Below, piece after piece: positions 19,394 through 28,891 of a stretch of DNA of 64,000 bases. The stretch spans positions 1,270,512 through 1,334,511 of the forward strand of contig CP070701.1 of assembly GCA_020349885.1 (NCBI GenBank). The letters run 5' to 3'. The notes under the pieces are model-generated. The model had not been told where the DNA came from. It was given only the letters and a program-made list of their open reading frames with translations, and made no database searches. The DNA comes from Acidobacteriota bacterium. GTDB taxonomy: Bacteria; Acidobacteriota; G020349885. Numbering within the stretch: the stretch's first letter is position 1; each line of letters opens with the position of its first letter. Both the position numbers and the translations under genes were made by a program.

Positions 19394-19852
19394 CTACCCC
19401 TTCGTCTCCACCAGGATGGTCACGGGGCCGTCGTTCACGAGTTCCACGCCCATCATGGCGCCGAATCTTCCCGTCTCGACCCGGACGCCGCACGCGCGGC
19501 ATGCGGCGACGAATTTTTCGTAAAGCGGCTCGGCCTCTTCGGGCGGCGCGGCCCGCACGAACGACGGGCGCCGCCCCTTGCGGCAGTCGCCCGCGAGCGT
19601 GAACTGCGAGACCGCGAGGATCGAGCCTCCCACCTCGAGTAGCGAGCGGTCCATGTTCTTGTGCTCGCCCTCGGGTCCTTCGGCCGGAAAGATTCTCAGG
19701 TTGACGATTTTCTCGGCGAGCCACCCGGCTTCCTTATCCGTGTCGCCGCGCTCGACGCCCAGGAGCACGACGAAGCCGCGGCCGATTTCCGCAACTTTTT
19801 CCCCATCCACGGAAACGTTCGCGCGGGAAACACGCTGGACGACGGCTTTCAC
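19394..19852 (-). CDS. dtd: D-aminoacyl-tRNA deacylase
   Basis: (V)[18 protein letters not shown] motifs. GTG start at 19852 in a GTGA overlap with the ogt stop. Confidence 0.88.
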   Translation of the reverse strand: MKAVVQRVSRANVSVDGEKVAEIGRGFVVLLGVERGDTDKEAGWLAEKIVNLRIFPAEGPEGEHKNMDRSLLEVGGSILAVSQFTLAGDCRKGRRPSFVRAAPPEEAEPLYEKFVAACRACGVRVETGRFGAMMGVELVNDGPVTILVETKG

Positions 19853-20331
19853 GATTTTTCCCGCCTTCCCCGCTCCCACTCAAGGAGCGCCGTCTTGGTC
19901 TTCGAGTGCATCTTCCCGCTGTAGCCGCCGAGGCCGTCCGCCGCTACGACGCGGTGGCAGGGCATGAAGGGCGCATGGGGGTTCGCGCGCATGGCCTGCC
20001 CCACGGCGCGCGCCGCGCGGGGGCGGCCGATTCTTTTCGCCACCTCGCCGTACGTCAACGTCCTCCCCGGCGGGATGGCGCTTACCACCTTGTAGACCCT
20101 TTTCTGAAAAAACGTGAGCGCGCCCGTGTCGAGCGGGATGCCTTTCACGTTCCGTCCCGCGAAGAAGGCGCGGAGCCAGCGGCGCTCCTTCTCGGTGCCT
20201 TCGGTTTTTTTTCCCCTTTCGGCGCTGGTGCGCTTAATGTCAACGCTTTCAATCTTTCCGCCGCTCCAGCGGAACGTAGTGAGAAAACCGTGCTCGTACA
20301 CGGTGACGGTCCGCGCGGGCTCTTTACTCAT
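19849..20331 (-). CDS. ogt: methylated-DNA--protein-cysteine methyltransferase
   Basis: Active site PCHRVV, TYGEVA helix. Start MSKEP at ATG 20331. Confidence 0.85.
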   Translation of the reverse strand: MSKEPARTVTVYEHGFLTTFRWSGGKIESVDIKRTSAERGKKTEGTEKERRWLRAFFAGRNVKGIPLDTGALTFFQKRVYKVVSAIPPGRTLTYGEVAKRIGRPRAARAVGQAMRANPHAPFMPCHRVVAADGLGGYSGKMHSKTKTALLEWERGRREKS

Positions 20332-21910
20332 GGGCGCCTCTCGAAGATTCAGGAAGTTTTCTCCGGAACACGGAGCGAAGCTCTCCGATTTCCCGGGCGC
20401 CAAGAAGCGCGGCCGCGAGGAAGTACACCGCGGCGCCGACGGCGATGACAACGCCCAGGCGCAACGCCTTCTCGCCGAGCGCGGCGGTCTCGTGCAGAGA
20501 AATTTTCTCCGCGACAAACCACACGACCGCCCCCATGACGGCCGTGGCCGCCAGGGTGCGCGCAAGCGAGGCGCCCAATTCCCCCAGGGCGACGCGTCCC
20601 CTGCGTTTGAGGAAGACTGCGAACAGGAGCCCCGCGTTCAGGTAGGCGGCGCACGAGGTCGCGAGCGCGATGCCCCCGTGCGAGAGCGGCCCCACGAGCC
20701 ACGCCATGAGCAGGACGTTTGCGGCGAACGCCGCGAACGCGGCGCGCACGGGCGTCTTCGTGTCCTTTTCCGCGTAGAAGACCGCCACGACCACCTTCAC
20801 GGCCGCGTAGCCCGCGAGCCCGAGGGCGTAGAAGAGGAGCGCGAACGCCGTCATCTCCACGGAGCGCGCGTCGTAGCTTCCGCCGAGAAAGAGCGTCTCG
20901 ATGATGGGCCCGCGAAGGAGGATGAGGCCCGCCGCGGAGGGAATCATGATGAAGAAGGTGGCGCGAAGGGCGAAGACGAGCGTCTCCTTGACGCGCTCGA
21001 GCTCGCCGCGCGCGGCGAAGCGGCTCATGGCGGGCAGGATGACCGTCGCGATGCCGAGGGCGTAAACGCCGTACGTGAGCTCCATGACGCGGTCGGCGTA
21101 GTAGAGCGAGGAGACGCTCCCCGGGTCGAGGTAGGTGGCGACCAAGGTGCCCACAAGAATGTTGATTTGGGTGATGCCCGCGCCGAAGGCGGCGGGAACG
21201 AAAAGCCACGCGACCTCGAGGACGCGCCGCGACAGGATTTTTCCCCTCGCGCGTAGGCGGAAGCCGCGCCGCCAGAGGAACGGAATCTGGAAGGAAAGCT
21301 GAAGAATTCCTCCCGCGAGGACGCCCCACGCGAGGGCGCGCACGGGCTCCTCCATGCGGCGCCCGAAAACAAGCGCCGCGGCTATGATGGATAAATTCAG
21401 AAGCACCGGCGTGAACGCCGACGGCCCGAAGACGCCCACGCTGTTGAGGAGCGCCATGGCGAGCGCGGCGAGGCATATGAAGAAGAGGTAGGGGAAAATG
21501 ATTCGGTTCAGGAGGACGGCGTCATCTAGGACGACGTCCGCATGCCGCTCGGCGAAGCCCGTGACGGAAAGTAGCTGCGCCGAGAAGACCACGCCCGCGA
21601 GCGTCACGACGGCCAGCACGGCCCCGACGACGAAGAAAAGCCGCGCGGCGAGCGTCCAGCCCGCCTCCTCGCCCTCGCGCTCGCGCACCTCGGTGAAGAC
21701 GGGAACCACGGCGGCCGTGAGCGCGCCCTCACCCATCAGGCGGCGGAAGGTGTTCGGGAGGCGAAAAAGCGCGTAGAACGCGTCCGCGAAGAGCGAGGTG
21801 CCCAGGAGGTACGCGATGACGCGGTCGCGCACGTAGCCCAGGATGCGGCTGAGGAGGGTGTTTGCGCCGACTACCGAGGCGGAGCGCAGGATCTCCCGCT
21901 CACCGGCCAT
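20324..21910 (-). CDS. murJ: lipid II flippase MurJ
   Basis: SRILGYVRDRVIAYLLG, DAFYALFRLPNTFRRLMGEGALTAAVVP, ~14 TM helices. Confidence 0.9.
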   Translation of the reverse strand: MAGEREILRSASVVGANTLLSRILGYVRDRVIAYLLGTSLFADAFYALFRLPNTFRRLMGEGALTAAVVPVFTEVREREGEEAGWTLAARLFFVVGAVLAVVTLAGVVFSAQLLSVTGFAERHADVVLDDAVLLNRIIFPYLFFICLAALAMALLNSVGVFGPSAFTPVLLNLSIIAAALVFGRRMEEPVRALAWGVLAGGILQLSFQIPFLWRRGFRLRARGKILSRRVLEVAWLFVPAAFGAGITQINILVGTLVATYLDPGSVSSLYYADRVMELTYGVYALGIATVILPAMSRFAARGELERVKETLVFALRATFFIMIPSAAGLILLRGPIIETLFLGGSYDARSVEMTAFALLFYALGLAGYAAVKVVVAVFYAEKDTKTPVRAAFAAFAANVLLMAWLVGPLSHGGIALATSCAAYLNAGLLFAVFLKRRGRVALGELGASLARTLAATAVMGAVVWFVAEKISLHETAALGEKALRLGVVIAVGAAVYFLAAALLGAREIGELRSVFRRKLPESSRGAHE

Positions 21911-22352
21911 CGGGCAATTTCAGGCGCGCCAGGTACCGGAGCGCCTCGAGGTAGCTTCCCGCCCCCTTTCCCATGATCTGCTTCCGGCACGCGGGCGCGA
22001 CGACCGAGCGCCGCCGCCACGCCTCGCGCTTGCGGATGTCCGACAGGTGCACCTCGACGGCGGGGAGGTTCACGCCGGCGACGGCGTCGTGCAGCGCGTA
22101 GGAGTAGTGGGTGTAGGCGCCGGGGTTGATGACCACGGCCTGCGCCCAGCGGCGGTTTTTATGAAGGCAATCGATGAGCGCGCCCTCGCCGTTTGACTGG
22201 ACGATGCGCACGGTGAGCTTCAGGCGCTTCGCCTCGGCGCGGATCAGCCGGTTGAGCTTGGCGAGCGTCATCGTGCCGTAAATCTCCGGCTCGCGCTCGC
22301 CGAGGAGGTTCAGGTTGGGGCCGTGGAGGACGAGGACGCGCCTGACGTTCAT
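21900..22352 (-). CDS. aroQ: type II 3-dehydroquinate dehydratase
   Basis: VLVLHGPNLNLLGEREPEIYG, INPGAYTHYSYALHDA. Start ATG 22352 (ATGA overlap with aroB). Confidence 0.92.
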   Translation of the reverse strand: MNVRRVLVLHGPNLNLLGEREPEIYGTMTLAKLNRLIRAEAKRLKLTVRIVQSNGEGALIDCLHKNRRWAQAVVINPGAYTHYSYALHDAVAGVNLPAVEVHLSDIRKREAWRRRSVVAPACRKQIMGKGAGSYLEALRYLARLKLPDGR

Positions 22353-23443
22353 GACGGCAATCCCACGTCGTGGAACGCGCGGCGAAGCTCCGCGCGGGTG
22401 ACGTCGCTTACGCGCACGGGTTTCCCGAGGCCCTTGAGCAGGACGAACACGTTCTTCGCGCCGCGCACCTTCTTGTCGTAGCGCAGGTGTTTGAATATGT
22501 CCGCAAAATGCAGCCGCCGTGGGCACGGGGGCGGCGAGAATTTCCCAAGGAGCGCCGCGGCCTCCTCGTGCTCTTTCGCCGAGAGGAGCCCGCGCGCGCG
22601 GGAGAGCGCGACCGCCGCGCGCATGCCCCACACGACGGCCTCGCCGTGCAGGAGGTGCCGATAATTTGTGGCCGACTCGAGCGCGTGGGCGGTGGTGTGG
22701 CCGAAGTTGAGGAACTCGCGGACGCCGGCCGTGTCGAGCTCGTCCTTCGCCACGATGTGCGCCTTGTGGCGCGCCGAGCGCGCCACGACGTCCACGAGCG
22801 TCGCCGCGTCGCACGCGAGGATTTTCTTCCAGTGCAGTGCGAGGTGGCGCACGAAGGGCCGGTCGAAGGCGAGCGCGTATTTTACGACCTCGCCCAGGCT
22901 CGCGAGAACCTCGCGGCGCGGAAGGGTCTTCAAGACCGAGACGTCGCAGACGACGAGGCGCGGCTGGTGGAAAACGCCCACGGCGTTCTTGGCGCGCGGG
23001 TGGTTGACGCCCGTCTTCCCCCCGATGGCGCTGTCGACCTGCGCAAGGAGCGTCGTCGGCGCCTGCACGAGCGGGATGCCGCGGTAGAACGTCCCGGCGG
23101 CGAATCCCGCCGCGTCGCCCACCGTGCCGCCGCCCAGGGCGATGAGGGGCGTGCGGCGCTCGACGTTGTTTCGAAGAAGGAAGTCGTAGATGCGCGCAAG
23201 CACGTCCAGGTCCTTGGCGCGCTCTCCGCACGGAAGCGCCATGGTGGATACTTTCCACTTCGCGCGACGGAAGGCCTCCTCCGCGCGCTGCGCGTGGCGG
23301 TGTCTTAAATGGTAATCGGTGACCAATACGGCCCGCTCCTTGAACCCGTGCCGCGCCATGAGGTGCGGCAGCTTGTCCAGGAGCCCCGCGCCGATGTAGA
23401 CGGGGTAGGGTTTTCTCGCGAGGGCGACGCGGACGGTTTTCAT
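22349..23443 (-). CDS. aroB: 3-dehydroquinate synthase
   Basis: ALGGGTVGDAAGFAA, VDSAIGGKTGVNH, NFGHTTAHALE. Start ATG 23443. Confidence 0.92.
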   Translation of the reverse strand: MKTVRVALARKPYPVYIGAGLLDKLPHLMARHGFKERAVLVTDYHLRHRHAQRAEEAFRRAKWKVSTMALPCGERAKDLDVLARIYDFLLRNNVERRTPLIALGGGTVGDAAGFAAGTFYRGIPLVQAPTTLLAQVDSAIGGKTGVNHPRAKNAVGVFHQPRLVVCDVSVLKTLPRREVLASLGEVVKYALAFDRPFVRHLALHWKKILACDAATLVDVVARSARHKAHIVAKDELDTAGVREFLNFGHTTAHALESATNYRHLLHGEAVVWGMRAAVALSRARGLLSAKEHEEAAALLGKFSPPPCPRRLHFADIFKHLRYDKKVRGAKNVFVLLKGLGKPVRVSDVTRAELRRAFHDVGLPS

Positions 23444-24024
23444 TGGCGGGGCCGGGAGGACTTGGACTGCGGGGGCGCGATTCCGTCCCACAAAAGTTTT
23501 CTCAGAATGCGCTCGACGATCTGCCGGGGCGTCGACCCGCCGGTGGCGACCCGGATCGAGGCGCGCCGGTAGAGGGGGCGCCGCTTCGACAGGAGGGCGG
23601 CCAGATAATTTTTCCGCTTGGCGGGCGGCACGCCGCGGAGCATAGGGCGATTCTCGATCCCGTCGTTTTCGATCCGCCGAAGCGCCTCCGCGGGGGAGAC
23701 GCACAGGTAGATGAGGAGGCCGCTTTCCTCGACGGCGTGCCGGTTCCGCTCGCTCGCGAGGGCGCCGCCCCCGAGCGCTATCACGGTTCGGCGCTTCCTT
23801 GCGGCGCGTTGGATTTCCAGCTCCTCCATTTTGCGGAAGGCGGCTTCGCCCTTGGAGGAAAAGATTTTCGCGATGGGTTTGCGCGCGCGGTGCTCGATGG
23901 CGCTGTCCACATCGTGAAACCGCCAGCCGAGGCGCTGCGCCAGGCGCTTTCCCACGGTGGTCTTTCCCGAGGCCATAAAGCCGGTCAGGTAGATATTTTT
24001 CTTACTTGTGCGGCCGTGCGGCAT
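23440..24024 (-). CDS. aroK: shikimate kinase
   Basis: P-loop GFMASGKTTVGK, LGGGA motif. The exact start is uncertain because it overlaps the aroC end. Confidence 0.88.
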   Translation of the reverse strand: MPHGRTSKKNIYLTGFMASGKTTVGKRLAQRLGWRFHDVDSAIEHRARKPIAKIFSSKGEAAFRKMEELEIQRAARKRRTVIALGGGALASERNRHAVEESGLLIYLCVSPAEALRRIENDGIENRPMLRGVPPAKRKNYLAALLSKRRPLYRRASIRVATGGSTPRQIVERILRKLLWDGIAPPQSKSSRPRQ

Positions 24025-25159
24025 GGTGCGCCTTGATTTCCTCCATGGAATCGCCCCCGTATTTTTCCAGAAAAGCGTCCGCCAGCACGAGCGCCACGAG
24101 CGACTCGGCCACGACGCCCGCCGTGGGAACGGCGCAGACGTCGGAGCGCTCCACGTGCGCCTCGGCCTCCTCTTTCGTTTCGAGGTTGATGCTCCGCACG
24201 GGGCGCATGAGCGTCGCGATCGGCTTCATCGCCGCGCGCACGACGAGCGGCTGGCCCGTCGTGACGCCGCCGTCGACGCCGCCCGAGCGGTTCGTCTTCC
24301 GCTCGGCGCGCGTTTTGTCCCCGCTCCAGAAAATCTCGTCGTGCACCTCGGAGCCCCGGCGCCGCGCAGCCTCGAAGCCGAGGCCGACCTCGACGCCCTT
24401 GATGGCGTTGAGGCTCATCAAGGCCTGCGCGAGCGCGCCCTCGAGGCGGCGGTCCCAATGGGCGTAGCTCCCGAGGCCCACGGGAAGGCCGCCGGCCGCG
24501 ACCTCGACGACGCCGCCCAGCGTGTCGCCCGCCTCCCCGGCGTCGTCGATTGCTTTCACCATGCGCTTTTCCGCGCCCTTGTCGAGGCAGCGTACCGGCG
24601 AGGCGTCCGCGCGCGTGTTGAGCTCGGATACCGGGAAATTAATTTCGCTCTCGTCGCGCACGTCGCCTATGGAGACGACGCGGCTTCCGACGTGGATGCC
24701 GAACTCTTCGAGAAATTTCCGCGCGATGCTCGCGAGCGCAACGCGCATGGCGGTCTCGCGGGCGCTTGCGCGCTCGAGGACGTTCCGCACGTCACTGAAG
24801 CCGTACTTGACGACGCCCTGCATGTCGGCGTGGCCGGGGCGTGGGACGCGCACCGCGCGGAGCGATTCGTCGCCTCCCGCCTCCACGGCCATCACCTCTT
24901 CCCAGTTCTTCCAGTCGCGGTTGTGCACCAGGAGCCCGATGGGGCTTCCGAGCGTCTTCCCGTGGCGGACGCCGCTCAGGATTTCCGCCTTGTCCCTTTC
25001 GATTTTCATACGCCCGCCGCGCCCGTAGCCCATCTGGCGGCGCGCGAGGTGGGCGTCGATGTAGGCGGCTTCTAGCGCGAGTCCGGCGGGCATGCCCTCG
25101 AGGATGCCCACGAGGCCGCGCCCGTGCGATTCACCTGCGGTCAGATAGCGGAGTGGCAT
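24002..25159 (-). CDS. aroC: chorismate synthase
   Basis: MPLRYLTAGESHG, RPGHAD, SARETA, GGVDGG motifs. Confidence 0.95.
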   Translation of the reverse strand: MPLRYLTAGESHGRGLVGILEGMPAGLALEAAYIDAHLARRQMGYGRGGRMKIERDKAEILSGVRHGKTLGSPIGLLVHNRDWKNWEEVMAVEAGGDESLRAVRVPRPGHADMQGVVKYGFSDVRNVLERASARETAMRVALASIARKFLEEFGIHVGSRVVSIGDVRDESEINFPVSELNTRADASPVRCLDKGAEKRMVKAIDDAGEAGDTLGGVVEVAAGGLPVGLGSYAHWDRRLEGALAQALMSLNAIKGVEVGLGFEAARRRGSEVHDEIFWSGDKTRAERKTNRSGGVDGGVTTGQPLVVRAAMKPIATLMRPVRSINLETKEEAEAHVERSDVCAVPTAGVVAESLVALVLADAFLEKYGGDSMEEIKAHHAARPHK

Positions 25160-25737
25160 GCTCTTTCCTCAACGTTTTGTTTACACGAGTCGAAGTACGG
25201 ACCATAATGGATTTCCTTTTTTTCACTCTTTCGGAAGAGCACACGGAAAAAATCACTTATAGGTAAGGCAAACGTATGACTCCAATAGCTGCGAGCGACT
25301 CTATCTTTAGTTTTAACTTCCGCTAGCTCAGCAACCTCGACTCCATTCTTCAGCCAAACTGTTTCCACATAATTTCCAGCCACCACGGCTTGGCAGAGTT
25401 CTCGGACATCCTGTTCGATATCTTTGCTATGTTCAATATCCCACGGCCCCTCGTACGTGATTCCTCGGCCAAATGACAGGGAAAAATATTTTGGGAATTG
25501 CGGCTCGTCATCACCGATTATGGTGATCTCAGCAGCGCCAGAACGGAGGGGAGCGATTGTAGCAGAGATGTCACCACCATCCAGCTTTTCAACGGAAAGG
25601 GTAGCGCAGCCGCTGGGGAGCATGTCAATTATCTCCTTCGCAAACCTTACTATGGCAACATTAAGAGAGATGCAAGGACACTGCTCTTTGTCACCCTTGA
25701 TTCTTCTTGACCGAGCCCGAAAAAGTACAAAGCCCAT
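25141..25737 (-). CDS. hypothetical protein, AT-richer ORF embedded in the aro operon
   Basis: A 198-aa ORF fills the aroE-aroC gap exactly. It is visibly AT-richer than both neighbours and I recognise no family. An internal Met (MLPSG...) is an alternative start. Confidence 0.5.
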   Translation of the reverse strand: MGFVLFRARSRRIKGDKEQCPCISLNVAIVRFAKEIIDMLPSGCATLSVEKLDGGDISATIAPLRSGAAEITIIGDDEPQFPKYFSLSFGRGITYEGPWDIEHSKDIEQDVRELCQAVVAGNYVETVWLKNGVEVAELAEVKTKDRVARSYWSHTFALPISDFFRVLFRKSEKKEIHYGPYFDSCKQNVEERACHSAI

Positions 25738-25739
25738 AC

Positions 25740-26567
25740 CTAGTCTTGTAATGCCTTCTCTATCGCAAGCAACGTTTTAGGCGAAATGGATTCCCCGAAC
25801 CAGATCTTCCACGTCTCGGCGGCCTGCGCGACGAGCATGCCGAGGCCGAAGACCACGTCGCACCCCTGCTTGCGCGCCGCGCGGAGAAACGGCGTCCATT
25901 CTGGACGGTAGATCAGGTCGTACGCGACGGCTTCCTTCGGGAGACGCACGCCGCGCGGAAGCGGCGACGAGCGGCCGTCGAGGCCAGCGGAGGTGGCGTT
26001 CACGACGAGCGCCGGCTTTTCCTCCTCCAGAATTTCCTCAAGCGGCTTCCTCGAGAGCGAATGGACGTTGATCTTGCCCTTCATCTCTCTTGCGAGCCGC
26101 GCGGCGCGCGCCGGGGTCCGGTTGAAAAGATGTATCGCCCCGACGCGTTCCTTCTTTAACGCCGCGCACACAGCCCGGGAGGCCCCGCCCGCGCCGAGTA
26201 CGACGCATACCTTCCCTCGGAGCGTCGTCCGCTGCCGCTTGAGCGGGGCCATAAATCCTGCCACGTCCGTATTATAGCCGCTGCGTTTTCCTCCGCGAAA
26301 CCGCACCACGTTCACCGCCCCGAGCGCCCGCGCCTCCGGGGCCGTGCGGTCGAGCAGCGGGACGATTTTTTCCTTGTGCGGAAGCGTGACGTTGAGGCCC
26401 ACCCACGGGGACTCGCAGACGGCGTCGAGCGTCGCGGCGAGGCCCTCCGGCCGTACGTCGATGGCCGTGTATTCGAGGGGCGCGCGCATCGCTTCGGAGA
26501 ACGCGCGGAAAATCGCGGGCGAAAGCGAGTGCTTCACGGGATGGCCGATGACGGCGGCGAATTTCAT
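25740..26567 (-). CDS. aroE: shikimate dehydrogenase
   Basis: VIGHPVKHSLSP, NVTLPHK, GAGGASRAV. Confidence 0.92.
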   Translation of the reverse strand: MKFAAVIGHPVKHSLSPAIFRAFSEAMRAPLEYTAIDVRPEGLAATLDAVCESPWVGLNVTLPHKEKIVPLLDRTAPEARALGAVNVVRFRGGKRSGYNTDVAGFMAPLKRQRTTLRGKVCVVLGAGGASRAVCAALKKERVGAIHLFNRTPARAARLAREMKGKINVHSLSRKPLEEILEEEKPALVVNATSAGLDGRSSPLPRGVRLPKEAVAYDLIYRPEWTPFLRAARKQGCDVVFGLGMLVAQAAETWKIWFGESISPKTLLAIEKALQD

Positions 26568-27862
26568 GAGGAGAGTTTCTCCAAGTCCTCGAAAAATCCC
26601 GGGTACGAAACCTCAACGCACCGCGCGTCCGAGAGGACCGTCTCGCCCTCGGCCACGAGTGCAGCGACGGCGAACGCCATCGCGAGCCGGTGGTCGCCCG
26701 TCGTATCCACTTCCGCGCCGCGAAGCGGCGTCGGCCCCTCGACGCAGAGCGCGTCGCCCTGCACCTCGGCGCGCGCGCCCATCCGGCGCAGGTTGGACGC
26801 GACGCCTTCGAGGCGGTTCGATTCCTTCACGCGGAGCTCGCCCGCGCCCTCGATTCGCGTCGCGCCGTGCGCCTGGGTGGCCAGTACGGCCAGGACCGGC
26901 ACCTCGTCCACGAGCGCGGGCAGGCGCCTCGCCTCGACGCGCACGCCGTACAGGGGCGAGAAGCGCGCGCGCAACGTTCCGCGCGGCTCCACCTCCGCCT
27001 CGTTCCTCCCGCTCGCGCGCACGCGCCCGCCCATCTCCCGGATAATTTCTAAAAAGCCCGTGCGCGTGGGATTGAGGCCGACGCCGGGGAGCGTGACGTC
27101 GGAGCCCTCGACGAGCGCCGCGGCCGCGAGAAAAAACGAGGCCGACGAAACGTCTCTCGGGACGCTTATCGAGCAGCCTCCGTGGAGCGCCGTAGGCCGG
27201 AACGTGATGCGGTCGCCGCTTGCGCTCAGGCCCTCGCTCGTCGTCATGGCGCTCAGCATGCGCTCGGTGTGGTCGCGCGTCCCGAAGGGGTCGCGCACCG
27301 AGGATTTCTCGTCGGCGAAGAGCGAGGCGAGAAGAAGCGCCGACTTCACCTGCGCGCTCGGCACGGGGAGCTCGTAGCGGAGGGCGTGGAGCGGGCGCCG
27401 GCCGCGAATCCTGACCGGAGAATACTCGCCGTCCCGGAGCTCGATCTCGGCGCCCATCCGCCGCAGCGGCTCGGCCACGCGCTTCATCGGCCTGCGGCGG
27501 AGCGAATCGTCCCCCGTGATTTCCGCCTCGAACGTCTGTCCCGAGAGCACGCCCATGAGAAGGCGCGTCGTGGTGCCGGAGTTCTGCGCGTCGAGCGCGT
27601 GCGGGGAGGGCGCGAGGGACTCTTCGAGGCCGCGCCCGTGCACGACGACGGTCTCGCCCTCCGCTTCCACGCGCACGCCGAGCGCCTCGAGGCAGCGCCG
27701 CGTGGCCGCGACGTCGGCACCGGGAGCGAGGTTCTCGATTCGCGTCGCGCCCTCCGCCAGGGCGCCGAGGATGAGCGCCCGGTGCGAGACGGATTTGTCG
27801 CCGGGAACCTCGACGGCGCCGCGGAGCGGGTTCGAGGCCGGATGCACGGCCCGCGTCGTCAC
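26564..27862 (-). CDS. aroA: 3-phosphoshikimate 1-carboxyvinyltransferase (EPSP synthase)
   Basis: VPGDKSVSHRALILGALAEG and the two-domain EPSPS pattern. GTG start at 27862 in a GTGA overlap with aroF; the upstream ORF-track extension is Arg/Pro junk. Confidence 0.9.
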   Translation of the reverse strand: MTTRAVHPASNPLRGAVEVPGDKSVSHRALILGALAEGATRIENLAPGADVAATRRCLEALGVRVEAEGETVVVHGRGLEESLAPSPHALDAQNSGTTTRLLMGVLSGQTFEAEITGDDSLRRRPMKRVAEPLRRMGAEIELRDGEYSPVRIRGRRPLHALRYELPVPSAQVKSALLLASLFADEKSSVRDPFGTRDHTERMLSAMTTSEGLSASGDRITFRPTALHGGCSISVPRDVSSASFFLAAAALVEGSDVTLPGVGLNPTRTGFLEIIREMGGRVRASGRNEAEVEPRGTLRARFSPLYGVRVEARRLPALVDEVPVLAVLATQAHGATRIEGAGELRVKESNRLEGVASNLRRMGARAEVQGDALCVEGPTPLRGAEVDTTGDHRLAMAFAVAALVAEGETVLSDARCVEVSYPGFFEDLEKLSS

Positions 27863-28872
27863 AGCTCGAATCCGAGCGCCTTGCTCATGGCGCGCAGGTC
27901 GCGCATAAGAAGCGTGAACTGGTCCGGAAGAAGCGCCTGCGGGCCGTCGCAGAGAGCCTCCTCGGGGCGGTCGTGCACGTCCAGCATGATGCCGTGCGCC
28001 CCGACGGCCGCGGCGGCGCGCGACATGGGGATCACCTTGTCGCGGGCGCCCACGCCGTGGCTCGGGTCCACGATGACGGGCAGGTGGCTGAGCTGCTTGA
28101 CCACGGGCACGGCGCTCAGGTCGAGCGTGTTGCGCGTGTGGCTCGAGAACGTGCGGATGCCGCGCTCGCATAGGAAGACGTCGCTCGTTCCCCCGCTCAG
28201 CAGGTATTCCGCCGCCTGGAGCCACTCGTCGATCGTGGCCGAAAAGCCGCGCTTGAGCATGACGGGCTTCTTGGCTTCGCCCACCTCCCGCAGGAGGGCG
28301 AAATTCTGCATGTTGCGCGTGCCTATCTGAAGCACGTCGGCGTACTCTACCACCTTTTCGAGACTCCGCTGGTCGAGCACTTCGGTCACGACGGGGAGGC
28401 CGGTTTCCTCGCGCGCCGCCGCGAGGATTTTCAGCCCCTCCTCGCCGAGCCCCTGAAACGAGTAGGGCGAGGTGCGCGGCTTGTAGGCGCCGCCGCGCAG
28501 CCAGTGCGCCCCGGCGCGCGCGACGAAGCGCGCGATGCGGACCGTCTGCTCCTCGGTCTCGACGGCGCAGGGACCCGCAATCACGACGAACTGGCTGCCG
28601 CCCATGGACGCCTTCCCGACGCGGAAGACGGTGTTCTCGCGCTTGAAATCCCTCCCCGGCAGTTTGTAGGGCCTCGTGACGCGCAGCGCCTGCTTGACGC
28701 CGGGAAGAATTTCGAACTCTCCCGGGTCGAGCGCGCCCGGGTTTCCCGTGACGCCCACGGCCACGTTCTGCGCGCCGGGAATGACGTGGGCCTTGAAGCC
28801 CATGCCTTCGATTTTCTTCACGACGGTTTCCAGTTGTTCGTCCGTATGCATGGAATCCATGACTATGAGCAT
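27859..28872 (-). CDS. aroF: 3-deoxy-7-phosphoheptulonate (DAHP) synthase, type I-beta with N-terminal ferredoxin-like regulatory domain
   Basis: Collinear with Thermotoga-type DAHPS: N-terminal domain MLIVMDS...VGVTG, then AGPCAVE, GGAYKPRTSPYSFQGLG, KRG, VDPSH. Confidence 0.92.
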   Translation of the reverse strand: MLIVMDSMHTDEQLETVVKKIEGMGFKAHVIPGAQNVAVGVTGNPGALDPGEFEILPGVKQALRVTRPYKLPGRDFKRENTVFRVGKASMGGSQFVVIAGPCAVETEEQTVRIARFVARAGAHWLRGGAYKPRTSPYSFQGLGEEGLKILAAAREETGLPVVTEVLDQRSLEKVVEYADVLQIGTRNMQNFALLREVGEAKKPVMLKRGFSATIDEWLQAAEYLLSGGTSDVFLCERGIRTFSSHTRNTLDLSAVPVVKQLSHLPVIVDPSHGVGARDKVIPMSRAAAAVGAHGIMLDVHDRPEEALCDGPQALLPDQFTLLMRDLRAMSKALGFEL

Positions 28873-28891
28873 CGCAATTTCTCCTTTCGAT

